Assembly: GCA_964016885.1 (NCBI GenBank)
Contig: OZ024750.1
Span: forward strand, 39,246,001-39,310,000
Length of the DNA stretch: 64,000 bases
Direction of reading: 5' to 3'
Source of the DNA: Eledone cirrhosa
Taxonomy: Eukaryota
Shown: positions 54,071-64,000 of the stretch, piece by piece
Layout: every line of letters starts with the position of its first letter
Position numbering within the stretch: position 1 is the stretch's first letter
Made by a program: the position numbers and the translations under genes
Notes under the pieces: model-generated
Databases searched by the model: none
Told to the model about the DNA's origin: nothing
Seen by the model: the letters and a program-made list of their open reading frames with translations, nothing else

Positions 54071-54174
54071 TCTCTTTTTTATATTATGTATAGATATTAC
54101 AATTAGCCGTTATTTTTGATGGCACGGGGCCAGCTAGTTTGACATAAAACCAATGAAGGTAACAATATACATAC

Positions 54175-54481
54175 CGTAGTAAAAGGATCTTTATTGGGAT
54201 AAGGCCCATAGTTGATAGTAGTTTCAGCTTGTGAAACAGGCTTCTTTTTGGTATAGAATTCTATATTGGAGGAAGCACAAGTAACAACAACTGATTGACT
54301 TATCACACGATATGGTGAAAACAAATACAGATTGGAACTGAATACAACATATTGTTTCTCAGATTGAGCTATCTGAGAGGGGTAGGCCTGCAAAGCATGA
54401 GTGTAGATATCTTCTACTTCTACAACGGCTGTCTTTCCAGGTTCAATACCAGATGACAGGTCAATTTGGTAGTATACACTC
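54175..54481 (-). CDS. RPN1: Ribophorin I exon 3
   Basis: SVYYQIDLSSGIEPGKTAVVEVEDIYTHALQAYPSQIAQSEKQYVVF...SPY...INYGPY; 307 bp, AG/GT. Confidence 0.95.
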
Positions 54482-54488
54482 CTGTAAA

Positions 54489-55948
54489 GAATAATAAAAA
54501 CATTAAAATACAACAGATATACCCAGCCTCCAGACCAAGGAAATAATAAAGACATTAAAATACAACAGATATACCCAGCCTCCAGACCAAGGAAATAATA
54601 AAGACATTAAAATACAACAGATATACCCAGCCTCCAGACCAAGGAAATAATAAAGACATTAAAATACAACAGAGATACCCAGCCTCCAGACCAAGGAAAT
54701 AATAAAGACATTAAAATACAACAGATATACCCAGCCTCCAGACCAAGGAAATAATAAAGACATTAAAATACAACAGATATACCCAGCCTCCAGACCAAGG
54801 AAATCATAAAGACATTAAAATACAACAGAGATACCCAGCCTCCAGACCAAGGAAATAATAAAGACATTAAAATACAACAGAGATACCCAGCCTCCAGACC
54901 AAGGAAATAATAAAGACATTAAAATACAACAGATATACCCAGCCTCCAGACCAAGGAAATAATAAAGACATTAAAATACAACAGATATACCCAGCCTCCA
55001 GACCAAGGAAATAATAAAGACATTAAAATACAACAGAGATACCCAGCCTCCAGACCAAGGAAATAATAAAGACATTAAAATACAACAGAGATACCCAGCC
55101 TCCAGACCAAGGAAATAATAAAGACATTAAAATACAACAGAGATACCCAGCCTCCAGACCAAGGAAATAATAAAGACATTAAAATACAACAGAGATACTC
55201 AGCCTCCAGACCAAGGAAATAATAAAGACATTAAAATACAACAGAGATACCCAGCCTCCAGACCAAGGAAATAATAAAGACATTAAAATACAACAGAGAT
55301 ACCCAGCCTCCAGACCAAGGAAATAATAAAGACATTAAAATACAACAGATATACCCAGCCTCCAGACCAAGGAAATAATAAAGACATTAAAATACAACAG
55401 ATATACCCAGCCTCCAGACCAAGGAAATAATAAAGACATTAAAATACAACAGATATACTCAGCCTCCAGACCAAGGAAATAATAAAGACATTAAAATACA
55501 ACAGAGATACCCAGCCTCCAGACCAAGGAAATAATAAAGACATTAAAATACAACAGATATACTCAGCCTCCAGACCAAGGAAATAATAAAGACATTAAAA
55601 TACAACAGATATACTCAGCCTCCAGACCAAGGAAATAATAAAGACATTAAAATACAACAGATATACTCAGCCTCCAGACCAAGGAAATAATAAAGACATT
55701 AAAATACAACAGATATACTCAGCCTCCAGACCAAGGAAATAATAAAGACATTAAAATACAACAGAGATACCCAGCCTCCAGACCAAGGAAATAATAAAGA
55801 CATTAAAATACAACAGAGATACCCAGCCTCCAGACCAAGGAAATAATAAAGACATTAAAATACAACAGATATACTCAGCCTCCAGACCAAGGAAATAATA
55901 AAGACATTAAAATACAACAGATATACCCAGCCTCCAGACCAAGGAAAT
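54489..55948 (+). repeat. 52-bp minisatellite x~28 abutting the exon 3 acceptor
   Basis: Period 52 (aaataataaagacattaaaatacaacagatatacccagcctccagaccaagg). Confidence 0.95.
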
Positions 55949-56225
55949 ACATTGAAACCAAAAAAAAAAAAAAACCTTCTCCAGAAAGTATTGTCTAAAA
56001 AGATATCAAACATACCCTAGTTCTATGGTACCAAACTACCTGAAACTACATTGTCATACTATCAGACACTCTACCACTCCACCAGTGTCATACTATCAGA
56101 CCCTACCACTCCACCAGTGTCATACTATCAGACCCTACCACCCCACCAGTGTCATATCAGACACCCCACCACAGTGTCATATCAGACACACTACCACCCA
56201 ACAACTCAATATGAACATAACTTAC

Positions 56226-56287
56226 TTTTGACCTTTGATTGTGGTTTGTTTCCTTTTGATTTTCAGCTTGTCATCTTCACCTTTTAA
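56226..56287 (-). CDS. RPN1: Ribophorin I exon 2
   Basis: CAG|LKGEDDKLKIKRKQTTIKGQ|GTAAG; 62 bp. Phase 2 matches exon 3, and the peptide resembles [21 protein letters not shown] of vertebrate RPN1. Confidence 0.85.
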
Positions 56288-56639
56288 CTGGAAATAATAT
56301 AAATATAGAATATTAAATAGTAATAAATGTGTGGGGGTTAGAGGATGTTGTTGGAAGTATGAGGGTTGGAGGGCCTTGCCTTAAGCAGAAATGCAAGTAG
56401 CATCACATAAGCAGAAGTAGAACCAGGGGGTCAGGCTCTCGCTTTCAGACTGTCTTGCACAGAGGATGTATTTTTGACACGTGAGCTTAGGATGTATGCT
56501 TATAGGTTCTGGTCAAAGGTTAGGCAGATAGGGTTCTCCCAGATATACCCTCATCTGAACATGTCAACCAGGGAAACAGCCTGTGAGGTAGGTGAGGGGC
56601 AATCCCCTCCCAATTACAACATTCTTTTTGTGTTTCTCC

Positions 56640-57795
56640 ATGTTGTTACACCTCACACGTACCCATGTAAGTTTAGCTGACCTCCTACAAGGATACTTAG
56701 GTGATTAATGATAGGGGCCCCAGTCCTATCATGTTGTTGTTACACCTCACACGTACCCATGTAAGTTTAGCTGACCTCCTACAAGGATACTTAGATGATT
56801 AATGATAGGGGCCCCAGTCCTATCATGTTGTTGTTACACCTCACGCGTACCCATGTAAGTTTAGCTGACCTCCTACAAGGATACAATGAAAGGCAGGCTG
56901 TATGATGCCTGCATACGAACAGCAATGTTACATGGCAGTGAGACCTGGGCATTGTGTGCAGAGGATATACGCAAACTGGAGAGAAACGAAGCTTGCATGC
57001 TCCGCTGGATGTGTAATAGTAATATACGTGAACGGCAAAGCATAAACGAACTAAGGGAGAAATTAGAAATAAGAGGGATCAGATGTTGTTTACTCGAGAG
57101 AAGGCTACGTTGGTATGGTCACGTGGTGCGCATGAAAGACGACAGCTGTATAAAAAAGTGCAGGGCGATAGACGGTAGCCACGGAGTAGGCAGACCCAGA
57201 AAAACCTGGGACGACTTGATAAATTCCGACCTCACACACTTACACCTCTCCAAGACAATGTCACTGGACCGAGATCTTTGGCGCTACACAGTAATAGAGA
57301 AGACCCGCCTTACCTAAGTGCAAAGTGAAACCTACTACAGTCAGTAGGCACCTCTAACAAAATACACCCCCGTCCCACTACCCCCACCCCATCCACACCA
57401 CCCCTTTCAATGTAAAGTTATGTTGGTACCACAACATCCAGGCCGAAACAAATGAGGTCGTGTAGGTGTCACAACAAAAAAAAACACACAGTCCACACTG
57501 TAATGTGGCCGTGTAGGTAACACGGTAAAAACCTCCCAGTTCCACACTGTAAATGTGGTTGGTGTTAGGAAGGGCATCCAGCCGTAGAAAACCCGCCAGA
57601 CAGTCCTATGCGAGCAAGACAACCAATCTTGCCTCAAGTGGGAAAACTCCCGTCCAGACCCATGCGAGCGTGGAATATGGACGTTAAACGAAGATGATGA
57701 GATGATGATGATGATACTTAGGTGATTAATGATAGGGGCCTCAGTCCTATCATATTGTTATTACAGCTCACACCTACCCATGTAAGTTTAGTCGT
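56640..57795 (+). repeat. 94-bp tandem repeat (~3.5 units) split by the RTE insertion
   Basis: ggatac recurs at 56691, 56785 and 56879, and the unit resumes at 57713. Confidence 0.8.
56885..57712 (+). mobile_element. Second 5'-truncated copy of the same RTE LINE
   Basis: Near-identical to 50179-51122. GATAC flanks both sides. Confidence 0.92.
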
Positions 57796-57994
57796 AAAGT
57801 AGCATCTTGTAGGAGGCTTCTTAGGTGTTTTAATGATAGGGGCCTCCAGTCACATCATGAAATGAAATGCCTTGCTCAAGAATGTAACACATTCCCAGTC
57901 ATCCTAGCATGGGATAGATGAGACATTTTTGAGGCAATATTCTATGATTGGATGACCTTCCTGATACCAACTCTACCTTTCTTTTTTAAAGTAT

Positions 57995-58308
57995 ACATGA
58001 ACAGCAAAGCATGGATGATCTAAGAGGAACCAAATGTAGTGTCCAAGAGAGAAGACTACACTGGTGGGGGACATGTGATACATATGGATGATGTTTGTAG
58101 AAGACGTGGCGGGAGTTCCCAGTGGAAGGAAGCTGCAGTAGAGGAAAGTCAAGGAAAACCTGAGCAGAAGTGGTGAGAGTAGATCTCAAAACACTGAACC
58201 TGTTAGAAGAGATATCCTGGAGTACTGTAGGTGGAGGGATATGTTGGAAAAGACCCATCCAACCCATGCCAGCATGGAAGAGCAGACATTTTATGATAAT
58301 GATGATGA
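57995..58308 (+). mobile_element. Old degraded RTE 3' end
   Basis: RRLHWWGHV..RGKSRKT-like remnants plus an acccatgccagcatgga..(GAT)n tail. Confidence 0.65.
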
Positions 58309-58530
58309 CTGATCTTTACATGTCAACTTGCTAAGCTGAAGGACACATATACACAACAGGCTTTGTATTGGTTTCATATCCCTATTTTAATCAGAAGGCA
58401 TTGGTCAGCCTAGGGCTATAGTAGAAGACACTTGACCAAAGTATCACAAAGAGAGAGAGAACCTGAAACCAAGTGGTTGTAAAGCAAACTTCTTAACTAC
58501 TCAACCATGCTTTAATTCATTAACTCTTAC

Positions 58531-59128
58531 AGAGATGACTGCTCTGGTATAGACATGTTACATCAAACATCAGATGTCATAAGTAGGAGAGATGACTGCT
58601 CTGGTATAGACATGTTACATCAAACATCAAATGTCATAAGTAGGAGAGATGACTGCTCTGGTATAGACATGTTACATCAAACATCAGATGTCAGAAGTAG
58701 GAGAGATGACTGCTCTGGTATAGACATGTTACATCAAACATCAGATGTCAGAAGTAGGAGAGATGACTGCTCTGGTATAGACATGTTACATTAAACATTA
58801 GATGTCATAAGTCGGAGAGATGACTGCTCTGGTATAGACATGTTACATTAAACATTAGATGTCATAAGTAGGAGAGATGACTGCTCTGGTATAGACATGT
58901 TACATTAAACATTAGATGTCATAAGTAGGAGAGATGACTGCTCTGGTATAGACATGTTACATCAAACATTAGATGTCATAAGTAGGTGAGATGACTGCTC
59001 TGGTATAGACATGTTACATTAAACATTAGATGTCATAAGTAGGTGAGATGACTGCTCTGGTATAGACATGTTACATCAAACATTAGATGTCAGAAGAGAG
59101 AGAAACGACTGCTCTGGTATAGACATGT
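58531..59128 (+). repeat. 57-bp minisatellite x~10
   Basis: Period 57 is visible. Confidence 0.92.
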
Positions 59129-59190
59129 TGTGTGGGTAGACAATCAGTCCTAGGTAAAAAAGTGTTCTATTTTAATGAAGGAAAATGTAA

Positions 59191-59330
59191 TAAGGTGACA
59201 GATGTAAAGATATTGGACCACATAAGATGACAGATGTGAAGATATTGGACCACATAAGATGACAGATGTGAAGATATTGGACCACATAAGGTGACAGATG
59301 TGAATGAAGATATTGGATCACATAAAGTGA
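59191..59330 (+). repeat. 32-bp minisatellite x~4
   Basis: Directly visible. Confidence 0.8.
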
Positions 59331-60074
59331 CATGATTGAGACAAAAGGTTATGTGTTACAGGCACATTCAATAGATGTCTACATCTTTTAGCAGTTTTTA
59401 CTGTTTAGTCAGGGGAGGGAAAAGTAGTCCTTATGACCTTCCCAAGGCCTCCAAAATTGTTGGCAAAGAATGATGAACATTATTCTCAAACTGGAGACAT
59501 GGTCCAACAGAATGAACTCTGCTAAAAGTACCAAACTGGAGAGATAACCACACAGTTTGCAAGAGAGAGGACCCTGCTAAAGGTATTCATAAGCCAGACA
59601 AGACAATAGATTAAGTCTATCACCTATGAAATATCAGATGCTAAACTGGTGCTGATAATGAAGAATGTCGTCAGATTACTAAAATACACCTGTGTGAATC
59701 CAGTTCAGAATAGGTACACTGTATCCCTACATGTTGGAAAAGAATTGGCACAAAACTGCAAAACACTGCCTCAGAAAGGACCCCCTGATGTGTATGAAGT
59801 CTGTGATGGGGTCTGCAAGCAAGGGAAATAACCTTAAAATGCTCATATATAATCATCACCGTTGTTCCACTTTTTCATGCTAGGCTGGAGTGTTTTGAGA
59901 ATGATTTACAGCTGGTTGCTCTTCCTAACACCAACCCTTTTAGTCAACTCCTACGACATGGATACATCATTTAATGTCTATTTTCTCTGCTAGCAATGGT
60001 TGGAGAGATCTTTGCAGACTGAGTCAGTACACAAGTGGGGCTACTGACCTCTAAAATGAGCCAAGGGCCTAACA

Positions 60075-61197
60075 CATACCTCACAGTTCCCCACACCACG
60101 TACCTCACAGTTCCCTACACCACACGCCTCACAGTTCCCCACACCACATACCTCACAGTTCCCCACACCACACAATGTACCTCACAGTTCCCCACACCAC
60201 ACAATGTACCTCACAGTTCCCCACACCACACCATGTACCTCACAGTTCCCCACACCACACAATGTACCTCACAGTTCACCACACCACACAATGTACCTCA
60301 CAGTTCACCACACCACACAATGTACCTCACAGTTCCCCACACCACACAATGTACCTCACAGTTCCCCACACCACACAATGTACCTCACAGTTCACCACAC
60401 CACACAATGTACCTCACAGTTCACCACACCACACAATGTACCTCACAGTTCCCCACACCACACAATGTACCTCACAGTTCCCCACACCACACAATGTACC
60501 TCACAGTTCCCCACACCACACAATGTACCTCACAGTTCCCCACACCACACAATGTACCTCGCAGTTCACCACACCACACAATGTACCTCACAGTTCCCCA
60601 CACCACACAATGTACCTCACAGTTCCCCACACCACACAATGTACCTCACAGTTCACCACACCACACAATGTACCTCACAGTTCACCACACCACACCATGT
60701 ACCTCACAGTTCCCCACACCACACAATGTACCTCACAGTTCCCCACACCACACAATGTACCTCACAGTTCCCCACACCACACAATGTACCTCACAGTTCC
60801 CCACACCACACAATGTACCTCACAGTTCCCCACACCACACAATGTACCTCACAGTTCACCACACCACACAATATACCTCACAGTTCACCACACCACACCA
60901 TGTACCTCACAGTTCCCCACACCACACAATGTACCTCACAGTTCCCCACACCACACAATGTACCTCACAGTTCCCCACACCACACAATGTACCTCACAGT
61001 TCCCCACACCACACAATGTACCTCACAGTTCCCCACACCACACAATGTACCTCACAGTTCCCCACACCACACAATGTACCTCACAGTTCCCCACACCACA
61101 CAATGTACCTCACAGTTCCCCACACCACACAATGTACCTCACAGTTCACCACACCACACAATGTACCTCACAGTTCACCACACCACACCATGTACCT
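60075..61197 (+). repeat. 29-bp minisatellite (gtacctcacagttccccacaccacacaat) x~38
   Basis: Directly visible. Confidence 0.95.
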
Positions 61198-63054
61198 AAT
61201 ATATATACCAAACACCATTAATAACAACAAATGATATTTTACATAAAATTACTCATTTCAAACTAAATAAGCCACCATCAAAACTGATTTATTTACAAAA
61301 TCTACAAATAAGGATTATTGTCAAAATGACCAGCTAGACAATGGTTCCAAATGTCTAGCTGGTATCTGGGAGGTTCGATTTCTCGTAGCTGCTGATGCCA
61401 ACTACCGTCTTTAAGTGTCTTACCCCTATTTCCTAGCATCTCTACACACCCTCCCACTATATTAAATCTATATACAATGTGGATGGGTCTTGCCCATTGA
61501 CACCATGAGAACCAGAATCTGAAACAATGCACTCAATACACGTATATATCTACATTTATTAAGTTAATGGCTCTTATACGACTAATTGTTTTTCTTTCTT
61601 TAGAGTCATTCGTTTAACACACACACACATATATGTGTGTGTGTGTGTGTGTGTTATACACACATAATATATCGCTTTAAGCGAAAAACAGAGTCAACGC
61701 TCTTAATATAGATGAAAGCTATGAAAAGCACATGGTTTAATCTATAAAGTGTTCCTTTTGTTTTATAGAAAAAAGGGGAAAAAAAACTGCTTACGAATCA
61801 ATTATCATATCGGAAGTGGTTTTATACTGCACGCCCGACATTGTCGATATATTTCACACCGATTGTTATATTGAAATTATAACTGACGAACTCATCAAAT
61901 CAATAAGACCGGCTCTATTTCCGATAAATAACTGAATCTATCTTCTAAATAATTATTAGAAATAATTTTAATAGAATTGTAAATGGAAGAGGGTGTGGTG
62001 GGGTAGAATTAATTTAACGTAATATTTTTCAAACTATAAAACAGTTACCTCCCTTCTTTCATTAACGTGTCGTTTAAAAAACAACGTTGTGTAATAAAAT
62101 TCCGCTTCACATTTCCCTTTTCATTCGGTTTATCAACATTAAAACACATCCAACGATAAAAGTTGATTAAATAAATACTACATTTATACTCAGTAGTCAT
62201 TTAATTGACTCCATTTATGTATTAATTGCGAACTAAGTGAAAATAAATAATTTCTATATCATTTTACGTTGTTAAATGCCGGTAGGGTTCCATGACACTC
62301 GGAGGTCAACAAGGATAAGCAAGCAAGCTTCTGCAGCAATATTCCATCTATTCTGGAACTAATTGTTTTGCATTGTACTCATGATTTATGTCCTTATAGT
62401 GGCTGACACCGTCTACCCAGAGGTGCCACTGTGGAGGTTTCTTGTAAAACAAGCATGCCTTGCCTCTATACTTAGCTTTTGAGAGTTCTGCCAGCTTTCG
62501 TCTAAATATTCAGCCTTATCTACAAATTATATAGTTTCAACCAATTACTTCTCAGACAACGTGTTAACGGCCTTTTAAAAGAATCATTATTAATTTAGTC
62601 TAAAATTTATAGTGATAATTAGGAAAAGCAAGAAGGTGTATGGATAGTTCAGTAAAAACAAAAATCTCACTAGCCATTTCTGTGATGTAATGGCACCGGC
62701 GTCTTCCTTACACACACACAGATATATATATAGGAAAAGAAATTGAAAATGGAACCTTTTAAGAATATTTATTTATTTTACCGATTTCACAGTTCTTATG
62801 GTTTTCAAAAGTAAAATTGAGATGAAGGGTTTGTGTTTCTGTTATGGTTTGTTTCGTGTATCACTGACGAAGGACTATTTTTATCATATGTAACTCATGT
62901 GCAACCACGCAGTACTCTTCTTTCTTCTCATTTATATATATATATATATAGAGAAAATTGAGGTTGGTAATGGCACATGGAATATATAAGAGACAGAATA
63001 CTTTTTTGTGAAAAAACATAATTTTATAAGGTAAGGAAATAATAAAGGGTATAA

Positions 63055-63102
63055 AAAATGACCGGTTTCGATGGGTCTGCAAAAGCCATCTTTTCAAATG
63101 TT
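63055..63102 (-). ncRNA. Hammerhead-like motif with U3-A8 core variant, minus copy
   Basis: On -: aacat TTGAAAA gatgg..ccatc GAAA ccgg TC atttt. Confidence 0.5.
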
Positions 63103-63374
63103 GATTAATATTAAGAAAAATTAATAATACGAAGAGTTAAAATTTGAGACTTGAAAATTCAAGTATAAAATTCATTGTGGGATTTCATAGCAGTTTTCAT
63201 CTAGGTAGCAACAACAGGTTGACTGCTGTGTCCCTTTCTGGTAGTGAATGAGAAGTTATTTGGGGTGTGGGTTATTTTATAAAGGTCAGATTTAGCAATA
63301 GCCAGCTGCTGGTCAGTGAGGGGGTGGAAGCAATATACACACACATACCTTCATCCACACATACATACACATAC

Positions 63375-63415
<41 letters not shown>

Positions 63416-63478
63416 CACACATACATACACACACACATACATATACATACACACATACACACACATATATATACACAT

Positions 63479-63533
<55 letters not shown>

Positions 63534-63572
63534 TATATATACATACACATACATCCAGATACACACATACAT

Positions 63573-63654
<82 letters not shown>

Positions 63655-63931
63655 CCCCACACATACATACACACATATATATATATACATACACACATAC
63701 AAACATACACACACACACACACACACATATATATACACACATACACACACATATATATACACACACACACACACACACATATGCATATATATATATATAT
63801 ACACATACGCATACATCCAGATACCCACATACATACACACACACACACACACACAATACATACATCCACATGCACACACATACTCACACACACACACACA
63901 CACATACATACAATTTTTCTTAATATTAATC

Positions 63932-63979
63932 AACATTTGAAAAGATGGCTTTTGCAGACCCATCGAAACCGGTCATTTT
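63932..63979 (+). ncRNA. Hammerhead-like motif with U3-A8 core variant, plus copy
   Basis: TTGAAAA 63937-43, stem II gatgg/ccatc, GAAA 63965-68, palindromic CCGG, GTC triplet. Stem I is weak. Confidence 0.5.
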
Positions 63980-64000
63980 TTATACCCTTTATTATTTCCT

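Larger units (their letters stand above)
63034..64000. repeat. Perfect inverted repeat (63034-63122 vs 63912-64000, cut by window edge) bracketing a (CA/TA)n microsatellite (63335-63911)
   Basis: The 89-nt arms are exact reverse complements. Confidence 0.9.

Noticed and set aside
33495-61197. Regular arrays as possible CRISPR loci
   Set aside because: They are head-to-tail monomers with no unique spacers, there are no cas genes, and the context is eukaryotic and intron-rich.
61329-61363. 12-bp stem accagctagaca/tgtctagctggt
   Set aside because: Too short for a pre-miRNA, isolated, and could arise by chance.
62470-62700. Possible RPN1 exon 1 (ATG at ~62677 on -)
   Set aside because: The frame closes after 25 codons and shows no RPN1 N-terminal similarity; exon 1 is probably beyond the window.

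Overview
AT-rich, repeat-dense animal genomic DNA. The SINE, LINE and microsatellite landscape suggests a coleoid cephalopod such as an octopus (inference). There are two convergent protein-coding genes. (1) On +, a giant terminal exon (acceptor AG at 295-296, stop ending 14770, about 14.5 kb coding) encodes a Ser/Thr/Pro/Lys-rich tandem-repeat protein that has nuclear hallmarks: an AT-hook, NLS-like motifs and a Cys cluster. (2) On -, ribophorin I (RPN1) coding exons 2-10 span 56287 to 34490; exon 1 was not found in the window. The rest is tRNA-derived SINEs, RTE and CR1 LINE fragments, a piggyBac-type MITE family and about 20 tandem arrays. The most notable signals are minimal type-I hammerhead ribozyme motifs of the Penelope-like kind (two inverted pairs, one with a U3-A8 core variant) and a TTAA MITE whose end grew into a 60-bp satellite that appears to have been copied into a second, diverged MITE. 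Also notable are several minisatellites born from one RTE 3'UTR subrepeat, and tandem amplifications that hug RPN1 splice sites. Coordinates were read by hand and repeat edges are approximate.
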